A stretch of DNA of 64,000 nt, taken from Perna viridis. Taxonomy: Eukaryota. Positions 1 through 12,500 of the stretch are shown in pieces. Each line of letters begins with the position of its first letter. Positions within the stretch are counted from its first letter, which is position 1. The stretch is from contig CM074515.1 of NCBI GenBank assembly GCA_037379345.1, positions 25,668,001 to 25,732,000 of the forward strand. Direction: 5' to 3'. A program made the position numbers and the translations under genes. The notes below the pieces were generated by a model that worked only from the letters and a program-made list of their open reading frames with translations, made no database searches and was not told the origin of the DNA.

Positions 1-509
1 AACTGAGTAACTCACTAAACAAACATTTTGCAGATAATGCACTATGTGCATTTGTTATTTGAAGTTATTTTTATTCAATGAAAAACAAAACACAGTGTAT
101 CATTTAAATTAAATAAAAAATATAAAACATTTCTTTAAATGTACTTCAGGAATATGTATGTACCTATTACAAAACCTGTATAAAACCGAGGTTGGACATT
201 TTAGCATTTTTAAAGAGGGTTTTAGTTGAAATTAACAAATTTTGAGAAAACAATGTGGACAATTAATGTCAGTTAAAACTCAATTTTCAAGTGAAATATT
301 TGGTACATGCTAGATTTAGCTAGAGGAGATACTTCTTTAATTCAATTCCTGATTAGTTTTTATAAAAGAGTTAAAGTAACAAGTGAAAAAAATGCTAAAT
401 GTCTTGTAAATTTTACAGGAAACTATCTTTACTCACAAAATACTCATTCACACCTTAAGATATTCCCCTAAATTGACATTGGCCCAATAAAACAACAAAT
501 AATACTTAC

Positions 510-3500
510 TGGTATTTGGAGGGAATGAAATCCATTCTATTAATTTGGCAACTTGTATAATTGTCTGGTCAGACCAACCCTGGAACCTTCCACAAGTGAG
601 TAATAAATTTTTCTTTTCTGCATTACCTCTAGTATCGATTTGCTAAAAAAGTGAAACAATTACTACAAATATTAATGTTTATTTAAAAAAAGAAAAATAC
701 AGGAAATTAGGTGCATTTCCCAATAAGTATTTTCCCAAATACTGTACAACAACAATGCATGTTTGTCTTAGGGAGGCATTTGATATTTCTAGGGGGCTAG
801 ATTAAAATTTTATCAGTACAATTTCTGGCCTGACTTTCTGTTTTTATCTCTATCCTGTCCTGGATTTACCCAGTTGTTCATCCTGGAATTTGTTTAACCA
901 TCAAAAACAATTTTATGAGATCATCAAACAAAACAGAAATTGGAAAAATCGAAAATAAATAAACAGTAAAAAAAAAGAAGGATAAATCAGGATTTCAATT
1001 AGCAGAATTCTGCTAAAAAGCAGAAAAAAATCATCAGTGGTTAATACTTGCAGGGACATTGGAATGGGAATGGTAGAAAGAGGAATGAATTATTGAACTT
1101 TTTATGCTGCACAAAAAATACTGAAATCTCAGTCAAATGTTTAAAATTTCTTATCAAGCCTAATATTGTAAACATAACTTACTGTTATAACTTTATGATA
1201 ATCTGTAGATAAAATTTTCAGGAATTCACAGTTGACCTCTCTTGTTTCAACACTAAATACTCTGCAAAGCATAAACCATCAAGTATTACTATTTTGCAAT
1301 GATAGAGATTAGACAAACATATGTCATAAAACTGCAAACAACCAAAATAGAGAAAGTTTAAGTTTAAAAGAAGAAGAAATTAAAACCAGAACTTACTTTG
1401 AACCTGGTTTTCTTTCAATTTTATCAAGTGTTCCAAAGAATTCTCCTGGTAGTAGCTGCAAAAAGAAAACAAAATATATTTTCTATAGTAAAAAGATATG
1501 TATGGAATAAATCATTATTTCAAGTTAGGGGTCAAAACTTACTCTTACTTCTAAGAAGAATGAGACACACAAGTTTTGGGGATAAAATCCAGATTTCATG
1601 CAAAAGTATACATTTTCTAAATTTAGGGAAAATCCTCTCCAAAACCCCTGTGAATCCACTGCTGATCACATAAAGCTTGAAATGACATGAATCTGTTTTT
1701 AAACTGACAGTATGATTGTCAACATGATGATAATAGGTATGATACTTACAACATCATCACTTTCTTCTGTCAGTAAAGGTGTTGGTGATCTGGAATCTAA
1801 AATATTGTCTTTGGTATTCAGATGTGGATAGGTCAGAGGTCGTACTGATCCCTTTAATACCATATATAAACCATTTCTACCATAAACTGCAAATAATTCA
1901 CAAGGTTAATTAAGACTGATGAACACAAACAGTAAATAATCCTACAGTTTCAATAGGAGTGCAGGTAATGACAGAATTACTGAACTGATAAAATCAAGGC
2001 AGTAATCAAAAGAAAGTCTGTACAACAAATAACGATACATGTATCAGGGTTAAACTGAGAAGTTAGAAACCAATGCAGTTATACCTTTCTTCTGAACACA
2101 ATGTATTTTACAGGCCATCAACCTATCAACAGGTTGAACACTATCATTATTTCACTATTAAAGATAAAATTATTACATCACAGTCATTGTGTTAATTTTT
2201 TTGTAAACAGCATACAATCTATTTATCTGATTTTCAGGGAACGTGAACTTATATGTCTTCAAAATATCAGTGAAAGTTGTCAGAGTTATTTATCATAAGT
2301 TATCTTATAAGAAGAATGGAATAATGGACAGATATGGAAAGTTGCCCTCTCAAAGTAACTATTGCTAAAATTGGAAGCATTAGTGCCCTCTTTTGTAGGT
2401 AAGTTTATGTTGGGGTTATTGTCTTCATAAACACATCTTTGTTTAACAAGTACAAACAGTATTTACCAGTAAAATTGGGTTCTTTCCATGTTTCCAATAA
2501 TGCAACCACACACAGTTCTTTTAATATGTGATCTGGAACATTATCATGGAAAAATTTGAAAGTTTTGAAAATAGAAAACATTTTATCATTGTCTGAAGCT
2601 GTCCTTTCAAAAGGCCTGAAAAAAGAAAGAAAAAATCTGTTAACATAAATTCAAACTTCAAGAATTCAAATTAAGAATGTTGTTATGAATGGACATATAT
2701 TAGCTTTGAAACTTTGATGACAGGGTTTATCAAAATGCATTAAAAGTGATGAAATTTTCAGTACTGGCATATTTAATTTCTTTTTTGAAGTACACCAGTA
2801 ATATAAAATAAGTGTAAACTCTAAATTAAATGTAAAATAAGTTTTTGTTGTTATGAATTGTTATTTACTGCTAAAAAGTTTGTTCTAAAATAACATACAC
2901 AAATTCAACAAGTGTTCCCTACTATAGAAAACTTCCAAACTACCCTACCAGTGCACCTGGTTGTGAGTGTGTTATTTTGGTTATTTCATGTTCTTCGTTG
3001 TGTGTATCTATTTTCTTTGTCCAGTTACTATCCCTGGATTACTGTTCAAATTCTATTTCCCTTGATTTCTCTAACACTACTTTTCATGATAACAAATTTT
3101 CACAGTTCGAAAATCCATGAACTGTATCATTTGAGTGAGGAATGATATTCAAAGTCATCACTTTTTCACCATAAGTTACCTTCTAGGAAACTTAATTCAC
3201 AGTGCATGTACTATAAAAAATGCTTACAGTTTTCTTAGAAGCTTTCTGAGCATACTCAGGTTTTCTGTTCTAACTGCAGCAGGATGCTCACTCTTTCTCT
3301 CTTTATGTAATAAGGGGAGGTAATCCCTGATATCATGTGTTATTTCATCTATAGGATATGTTTTCTTGTCTCGGGGAGCTCTTTGCTCATCTGTTTTCTT
3401 CCCTGTAAAAATGGAGGCAAATTCATTCAGTGTAATTATATGATATGGTTTCAAATAAGCAGTTGTGCTACAGCATTTGCCATCCTCCATCTTGTGTTTA

Positions 3501-6226
3501 AAGTCCTTTAAATCAAAATAGTAAAGTATATATGGTAGGCATCTAAATATTTTTATCGGAGTAAATTTTTAACAGTAAGTAGATGTACTAAGGATCTAAA
3601 GTGGTAAACATTGTATGGGACCCCTAATTTAAGTTGCATATTAAACAGAAATTAAGGAGGTAGACCTAGGGTAAGGGACAAAACTCTTGAAATTAGTGAT
3701 ATGCTTGTATCATATTCAATTTCATCAAAGCTTATCAAGCTTTCATTTGAAACAGAATGAAATTAGTCCAAGTTACTTTGACACTTACATGAGATTGATG
3801 TAAAATGCTGAATATAAACATTCCAATGATTTGTTTGAGTTGTGTCCCTTGCCCTAGGTCTACCTCCTCAAGCGATCAACTGTTTAAACCTAACAAATTT
3901 TAAAGTCAAAAATGGGTTTAGATACATGTAAGTCTCACTGTATATTCATTATATTGTACATTATTATAACAGCAGTATATCAAATGTTTTCACTTACCAG
4001 TAGCATTGTGTGTGATACTCATTTGTGATGGAATCTTGTCTATGCTGGAAGTAAACAATAAATTTATAATGACATTAAGATAAACATCAATTCACTATTG
4101 GGATAAAAAAATTCAAAATAAAAAAAAAAAGGTTGCAGCTGTATCATGCCATTTTGGCAACCAGGACTAGATCACAGCAGTTTTGGGGTAAAAGATAAAA
4201 ACAAAAAAAGGAATAATGAAAAACTACACCAAGTTTCATTCTATAAAGACCAACATTGTGCCAAAATGATTTTGAAAATTCCTCAAGATATTATTACTCT
4301 ACATACTTGCAATATAAGCATTCCGTTTTCAAATTGTATCATACAAACTTTAAAATACAAGTACGTGTAATTGAACTTCTTGGTCAGACACTATTTGTTA
4401 TGCATTTAGTATTTTTCAATTCCCCTACACAGGTTATGTAAATGCTTGGATTTGCCATTTATCCCTTTTTTTATTTGGTGACAACTCATCAAAAAACATA
4501 CATGACTCACTTTCATGTGTAGTTAAGAAAATCTGTGGTATAAATGTTATGCATACTTAAATTGTACATACACCCTTTTCAGATTTTTTTATATATATCT
4601 TTAAGAATACTACTACAAATCTTATATCTTACATGTATTAGTAATTAAAACATAGAATGTACTTGTAATTCCGCCTGAAAATGTTTTTGATGCCATTGAT
4701 GAGCTGATTTTAGATTATCAAAGAATGTATGAAATGAAAAAGAATTGTTAAGTGCTATTCTCTATAAGAAACAGGCAGTGGGTAAATCATGGTGGAAAAA
4801 AACACACAATTTTTTCCATGACAACTTTTTCAAAAGGTAATCTGAAATGCAGAAATGGCATTTACTTCTTTTTCAAGTGTCAGTAAATTGAGGCAAAAAT
4901 TACATGAAAATACATTGCAATTTCATCATCAAGGAGAGATAAATCACATTTCTCCTATCATTATATTGTAACTTCGAACTTACTTTACTGCATCCTCTGA
5001 CACTTCTAAGATGAACAAACTGTCAATTCATCTTCAAAAGACCATAATTTATCAGCCCACATTGTCAAATTAGAGTGGTTTTTTTTTTGGAGCATGATTC
5101 ATTATTTTCAATGTTGCCCGATTCTTACAGATTTCAGTACTTAAATTCAAGCCAAAGTCACCTTTTCTTCGATTGAAATACTCTTTTCCTGGGAGGTTTG
5201 GCAAATATTTCTTTGTAGTGTGTCATAAATGTCTCATGGGCTTCATCTGTACTTCTGTCTTCTTCACTGTACATAAATAAGACCTTGTATAACTTCAACA
5301 ATTTCACTATCAATGAGTGAAATATCACACATGTACATGTATATCCATTATTGAATGGCAAAGTTTCAAAGAAAAAGATTGTCCTATAATAAAGTTGTGT
5401 ATGCAAGAACCTTCCTCTAGTATGACATAAAATAGAAACAAAATACTATGTAATGATTGCAAAAAGTGTCTATTAGTTGTGAGTAAAATAAATTAAACTT
5501 TCATAATAGATATTGAAAAAATTAAAACTGACTTTAGTTCCATAATAACAACATTACAATTTTAAAAACATGTAAATTTCTTGCATTATTTCTAAGTTCA
5601 TTATAATATTACCTTCCTTTCAAGCCATCAATTTCACATAACCATCTTAATTTTTCATAATCAATTGTTGGAGTAGGAAGATCATCATTTTTCTGACCTA
5701 ATAATAAAAGAACTTAAAATTACAACTTTAAAAAGCTGGTCAAACAGGTATAATATGTTATATAAAATAGAACAAAGATGATTAAACAAGGAATTCTGAT
5801 CAAAATATACACAAATTTCCTTTCAAAGACCATATAATAATTAAATGCAGGCATCACCAAGAATTTCACCATTGTACCCAATTCAGGTTACATTATGGCA
5901 GCCGATGACTCTTGTCATTCACCCATTCCTTTAATAGGTAAACATTCACAATCATATTTTTTTCAATATTTAATTGAACAATATCTAGGCTTTGTGTATA
6001 GAAACAAAGCATGTCCATCAATTTTGTTGTTTTGAATTTTTATTGGAGGCTTATTATTTTGACCATCTTGAATGATGGGTTAATCTGAATAGCGAGTAGG
6101 AAAATAAATCAATTGAATGTTTTAATCAATAAGAAACAGCAAGATGGTACCATTTGATGTAGTTTTTCGAAAGTATGAATTCCATTCCGGTTTTGCAATG
6201 CTCTTATCGAGTTTAACTAGAGCCAT
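510..6226 (-). CDS. CNBD1: Cyclic nucleotide-binding domain-containing protein 1-like, 3'-incomplete (continues beyond base 1). Coding exons: 6226-6151, 5697-5613, 5266-5162, 4044-3998, 3402-3228, 2615-2467, 1886-1750, 1455-1397, 1261-1183, 642-510
   Basis: Ten exons joined by GT-AG introns with matching phases give about 348 open codons: MALVKLDK...PTIDYEKLRWLCEIDGLKG...EAHETFMTHYKEIF...LRKLPFERT...HILKELCVVALLETW...GLYMVLKGSVRP...EFFGTLDKI...VFSVETREVNCEFLKI...GWSDQTIIQVAKLIEWISFPPNT. This is colinear with vertebrate CNBD1 motifs as I recall them (INYGQLNALC, AHDTFM, KLPIHRT, GFYVILKG, TFGTLE, CEILKI, WKKFPP). The first-exon assignment is less certain than the rest. Confidence 0.82.
2941..3075 (+). 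mobile_element. Degenerate repeat family B copy
   Basis: taccctaccagtgcacctgg...tccctggattac...ttcccttgatttctct. Confidence 0.55.
3656..3867. mobile_element. MITE family A (TTAA-flanked, GGAGGTAGACCTAGGG TIR; Kolobok-like non-autonomous element)
   Basis: TIR of about 25 bp (GGAGGTAGACCTAGGGTAAGGGACA / TGTCCCTTGCCCTAGGTCTACCTCC), flanked by ttaa/tcaa. Four related copies occur in the window. The superfamily call is inferred from the TTAA flanks and purine termini. Confidence 0.8.
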
Positions 6227-6509
6227 GTCGAAAATTTCCAACAGTTTAATCGGCGATATCAAGCACCTGTCGTTGTTTACGTCGCCATATTGTTTACAAA
6301 AATTGTCTGAGCAACGAAATAAGTTTCGCATAAAATTCCAGGAAAATAAGCTAAATAATACAAGTTTATCATAACAATATTTTTTTTCAAACTTTAAATA
6401 TTCATTATATTGACATAAATAGGAATCCAATAACAGATTACAACAGATATTTGGAAAAACATGTTTGTTCGAAAATAATTTAGAAAATAAGCTTCCTTTT
6501 ATTTTCCCG
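6227..6509. promoter_or_regulatory. Putative bidirectional promoter between CNBD1-like (-) and ZFAND1-like (+)
   Basis: Divergent ATGs 283 bp apart and locally more CpG than the surrounding DNA. YY1-like AATATGGCG on - (6283-6291), two forkhead cores TGTTTAC (6274-6280, 6291-6297) and an RFX X-box-like ATTGTCTGAGCAAC (6302-6315). Confidence 0.65.
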
Positions 6510-9500
6510 ATGGCAGAATTTCCAAATCTAGGAAAACACTGTTCTGCAGATTTTTGCAAGCAGATTGGTAAATAAAATGTGTTTAGCTGACTGTAAATTC
6601 TAATAAAAAGTTTTTCTGTTAGTCGAATTTCATATGATACTGATTAACTTACGGTTCAAATGGTCAAATAATTTTAAAAAATACATTTTCATTCAGAACA
6701 AACCATAAATTTGAGAAAGGTCTTAGGGGCTAACAGCCCAGATGTCTGACCTATTTATCTATGGGAACAGGTGATCCGCAAAAACTGTCACTGCAAAATC
6801 GACAAAATGAGTATATTGAAAAGTCAATTACATGTAAATGTAATATAGGAGAATTCATAAATTATATAATATATCAGATAATATGTGTAGGTTACAGTGT
6901 CAGGTTGAATTAAACTTTCCTCATTCCAATTTTCTTCATTTAATTGACGTTTGAATATATTCATCAATTTTGTATTATCAAATTGAAGAATTTAAAGGTC
7001 AGTAACTTACTGACTCAGTGACTTCTTCCATGCTTACCAGAACTGTGTGACTTTCTATTAAGTCAAAGTATTTCTACTGTTGCCTTGATTATTTATACAA
7101 ATATGTAAAAAATTTTATTACCCTTGCACAGAAATTGTAAACTTAGTGTTCCTTATGTCAATATACATGTATGATGCCAACATAATAAAATATGAATCCA
7201 TATTGAATAGACGTGTTATACATGTATATAAAACAAGTATCTGTTTAGTTGTAAAAAAAAAAAACAGTTTGAAGATGAATATATTCTCCATTTATAATTG
7301 TCCACAAATATCCGGTTTATTTGAGTTCCCTAATTAAAGAGGAGAATTTTATAGGATTGTATGGAAATATACAGCAACCAGTTTTTATACATACATATAC
7401 TGGTATGTAGAAAATTCGATTTGATTGTAGATAAAAATTGATACTGTATATTATAGGAAATTGCACTCTTACTTAATACAGTTCAGCTCGCAGCATAGTC
7501 TTATAAATACCTGGCATACCTCATACATGGCATCCAATATGCCAGGTATTTATTGCTTATTGGCCCTTAATTAACTAGACCCCCATCCCCCAGCATCACC
7601 TTTATCCAGTATACATGTACAACAGGAAATGGCTAATTAACTAACAGGTACATGTGCCTGCTGGTAGTTTTACCTGTACAGTTAATTATCACACACATGT
7701 GCTCAACTCAGTATTTTAAAATTAGTATTTAAGTAGAATAAATTATAAATAATTTTTTTTATGTTATTTAGGGTTTGAAATTTTTAAGTATGCATAATTA
7801 AAATTTCAAAAATATTTAGTTCTTAGGGAATTCTTTGATGAAGTAGTGTATTTACCAGAGTTTTAATTAAACATATACAGGCTTTTAATTAAGAAGAAAT
7901 AACAGATACTTTTACCCTTCTAAGCAACTGAAAGGTACCTCCAGAATTTTAAAATTTCATACCATTTTACCAAAGAAAATGATGAAAAGTACCTTCTACA
8001 AAAGAAAATGTACCTGAATTGCAAAAAATTAATGAAACCCCTGAACATATACTCATATAATTATGTAGAACTCTTTTGTATTTGAAAAGTTTGGGTCTGT
8101 CTAAACACCGCTTAGCCCCTAACAGTGCACTTAGCCCGGGATGGGAACACTTATGTGTGCATATTAGTATCAATAGACAAAATTTGAATTATGAAGATGT
8201 TGTATTTCGATTTTTGTAAGTATCGCTGCAGCAATTATTGATTTAAACGTGTTTTAAGATATCATAATGACACGTGCCTGTATATCCAAGTTCAGTAGAC
8301 CGTGAAGGATTATCACACCTACACATTTTATTACTAATTATTAATTGGTGTAAATAACAAAGTAAATGTAAATTATTTTGAATGATTTATTGCAGCTCTA
8401 TATTGTATAATAACATGTAAAACATCAACAAAATAAAGACATTTGCAGAACTATTGTCATGTTAAAATCTTGGCTTTGTACGGCAGTTTCTAGGTCTTAT
8501 TCTTTGGTATGGTTTGGCAGCAAGTCTTTTTGGTTGTGGAACTTCAAAGTTTTTATATGAAGACTTAATGCTGGTATTCTTGGTGGTAACATCATTTAGA
8601 AGACTATGTAACAGGTTGTTCTGTTGTTCTTGTGTTTTGGTTTGCCAACTCTGGTAACTATGTAAGTGTTTTCTGTAACGGCCATACAATTAATAATTCC
8701 CACTACCGTAAAGTGAACGTTTTAAGTCTATGAAATACACAGTAACAATATCATGTAAGTCTTGTATCAAATTCGGAATTGACTTTGGTTGCCAGTTTAC
8801 TGCCTTCTTGAAGACGTGATTTATGGATTCGCAGTTGTTGTTTGTCCATAAACGATTGTAGTCCAGTTGCCAGTTTGGAATATTAACATAATGAAACAGT
8901 CTGTCTTTTAAACAGGTTTGAAAATACGAATCAAATTCAGGGTAGTTTCTGCTAATATCTCGAGCCTTGATATGAAAATCTGAGGGATCTATCGCCGATG
9001 TCAGTCCTTTGGGCCCAAATAGGTTATTTAGAATATTTGTTCGCAAAAGTGAACGTTTTAAGTCTATGAAATACACGGTAACAATATCATGTAAGTCTTG
9101 TATCAAATTCGGAATTGACTTTGGTTGCCAGTTTACTGCCTTCTTGAAGACGTGATTTATGGATTCGCAGTTGTTGTTTGTCCATAAACGATTGTAGTCC
9201 AGTTGCCAGTTTGGAATATTAACATAATGAAACAGTCTGTCTTTTAAACAGGTTTGAAAATACGAATCAAATTCAGGGTAGTTTCTGCTAATATCTCGAG
9301 CCTTGATATGAAAATCTGAGGGATCTATCGCCGATGTCAGTCCTTTGGGCCCAAATAGGTTATTTAGAATATTTGTTCGCAATTGGTCGTTGCATCCAAT
9401 TTTATTTCTAAGGTGATCGGAAACATTGTCTTTAATGTGTTTAGTGCACAAAAGTCGTTCTATGTTAGGAAAGACACTGTCAATTGCTTTTGTCAAACCA

Positions 9501-12500
9501 CTCTCATCGTCGCTTCCAATTCGTAAATCAATGCATTTCACACTTTCCTGAATGCGTGCTTTTACATGAGATAAAAATGTGTGGTACGAAAGGAACGAAC
9601 CTTCCCAGTGTAAGAACATAGGGCCTATGAAAATCGGATGATCACCAGTTTCTTTTGACACCACCTTCTTGTTTTTGTATACTAGATTTGTGACATAAAC
9701 GGCGCCAAGGTTAAAAGTTCTATCTATACCTAGAATGCAATCTTGATCGGTCATCAAAAATTGTTTCAAATCATCTAGTTGCTGTTTAGTGTAACAAATA
9801 ATGGACGGGGGTTTGTTGTTGCCGTGTGTATATACCACTTCTTGAACAAAGCTGTCATTGTTTACCATCGCCAAAACTTCAATAATTTCATCAGCAACGT
9901 TTCCAGTGGCAGAGGAAGACGATTTCTTTTTTTCGTTGTACTTCTTGTTTCTTATTTGGTGTCTGTCCCTTGGTGCGTTGTCTGAATCGGTTAGAACTAG
10001 ATTTTTGTATATCTCAGAAGAAGACTATCTCTGTTCAATGCCTGTTTTATCTTATCAAAAACCTCTGGTTTGGTTCTGATGTATTCTTGGGTCGTGTTTT
10101 TGGCATTGCCATGTGGCTGACCATGTCGTGGTGATGTGCCGATGTATTCTATTACGGCTACATGTATATTAAGTAATTGATGCTGTGGTAAGGTTTCGAA
10201 CCAACTCACTCGTCGTTTATATGAATTATCACGTTTTAGCGTTGAATAATACTGATGAATTGTCACAATGTTTTCAGGTTGAGGATTGTAAGGTGTTTTT
10301 TTACCGTTGGTTTTAGTTTGGAAGCAATAAACGCCGTCTCTCAGAAAAGTCCACTTTAAACTGTTGTCAGGTGAAACAATAAAATGTGTTTTTGTGGTTC
10401 TACCACTGTGCCGTATAAAAACCATTTTTTCCTAAAATATAATAACAATATCTCTAAAGAAAGTTCAAATATATAACCATATCTGACATATCTTTTCATC
10501 CCAACCTTCAAAAATATAGATATTAATCAATATTTGGGGCTAAGTGCACTTAGCCGGGGCTAAGCGGTATTTAGACGTACCGGAAAAGTTTTAGCGTTTT
10601 GATATAATACTGAGTTGTATTATTACATAAATGTGACAATTTATATATTTATTATTTATCATTTGGGAAAATTTGTTTACAGTTTAATTATTTTGAAAAT
10701 CATAATTAGGAAACTATATTTAGTTTTTTCAGTTGTACAAACACACATTTTTCTGCTTTATGATTTAATATCAAAATTTATTTGAGATGTGATTGAATTC
10801 AGATTTATTGAATTACAGACACAGGGGTATTTGTTTTCAAATACAAGTACAACAATAAAAAATTAAGTTGAAATTGATTCATCACAGTGGAAATATTCAT
10901 ATAGAACAGCACATAAAGATACCTGTCAAAGGACTCCTAAGGGAGATAATCAAAATCTACCAAAATGTTTCTACATTTAATAAAGGAACATTTATCATTG
11001 CATGAACCATTTATGATAAAACAGCTCTACAAAAATTTAAGTTGCTACATGTAATTACAATTTGATTTCAATTAAAATCAAACTTTTACTTTGAAATGAT
11101 ATGTGTTACAGAAAGTAAATATGGTATTGTTTATTTGTTAAAAATCTGATATGTGACATTACGATAAACAATTTATCATTTATTATTTATATTTTTAAAA
11201 GTTTTTTTACATTTATAAGCTATAATATGCATCTATCTTTTTCCCCCAAAAAATATAAAATAGTCCTGAGTGACATTGTTAGCAATATAACATAGTATTT
11301 GAAGTCAATCTACTGATTACACATATTAAATTTCTATGTACTGTGATGTTTCCATGGACATTTGATTTTAATGTTAACTGAAAAAAAGTCACAAAATTTG
11401 CTAAGAAAAAAGTCACAGAAAAAATATTGATGTGTTACAGTGCTTGAAATCATAAACAATCTTCAAAAACATTCTACATCCCAGTATGTATGGTTTAATG
11501 CACAGATCAATTTAAGCTGTATGTTCTCAGTTATTTTTATTGCTGTGTATAATGACCATTTATTAGTTGTTAACTAATCAAATTTCCTATGCAAATGGGG
11601 TCCTGGATATTGTCATCTTCTAGAAGATAAATAGATGTGGCCTCCCCCTGTTTCAATGCACATAATATGGAAATTAAGGAACAAAATAGTTCCCTTGCCA
11701 ATAAAAAAACTATTTTGTTATCATATTTCATATCTTTTATTAATTTTTTTCCCATATACTAACTTTCAACTTTTCAGACATGTATGCAAACAAAATATAA
11801 AATTTTTCAATTTCAGTATTAAATGATATAAAGTGAATGATAAAATACAAATTTTTATCTTTTACAGTTGATATTTTTCATAAAGTAAACTGTACATGTT
11901 ACTTTATAATATTTCCTGTGACTTTTTCCCTCATTTTAGTTTTACTAACACACATGTAATCCTACTGAAAAAAAAATAGTAATATTTAATTTTATTTTTT
12001 GGGGGGTCAATATAACTCAACTGAAACTCTCTTTTAAAATTAAATTTTAGTCTGATTTTTTAAAAAAATTAATACTATTGTCAGGATAAAACAGGTATTT
12101 ATCAGACTGCTGTGAGCTGTATTGTATTCCTGAACTATAAAATTTCTTTATTTCATTGTAGATTTTTTACCTTTCCAATGTGATGGATGCTCTAAGACAT
12201 ACTGGTTAGTACACTGTATGTTTGTTTTATCAAAGATAAGAGTTTGATATTCAATTGGACAACATTGATATTAATGTATACATTGTACACATATATTAAT
12301 GAAGTAGTGAAATTGTTCATGTTGGTGGTTATTCATTATGATTGCATTAAAATATTTTTGTTCATCAAAAGATAGAAATGGAAGTGTAATCAAGGGAACC
12401 AAGGTTATAGCGGTAATCAAAAGAATGTAATCCAGGGACAAAGACCAGACGTGGAAAACAGACATACACAACATAGAACATAAAGTAACTAAAATCATAC

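Larger units (their letters stand above)
8093..10582 (-). mobile_element. Mutator-like (MULE) DNA transposon in ZFAND1 intron 1, antisense to the host gene
   Basis: Perfect 9-bp target-site duplication GAAAAGTTT at 8084-8092 and 10583-10591. Imperfect TIRs of about 45 bp (GGGTCTGTCTAAACACCGCTTAGCCCC... vs revcomp CGGTACGTCTAAATACCGCTTAGCCCC...). Internal MULE-type transposase remnant. Confidence 0.92.

Noticed and set aside
6144-6374. + strand ORF over the promoter, and other short ORF-track entries such as 34190-34435 and 48278-48490
   Set aside because: Antisense shadows of real exons or random frames with no recognisable protein features.
6722-6735. ttaggggctaa matching the MULE TIR motif
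   Set aside because: Only 11 bp, with no partner TIR or TSD.
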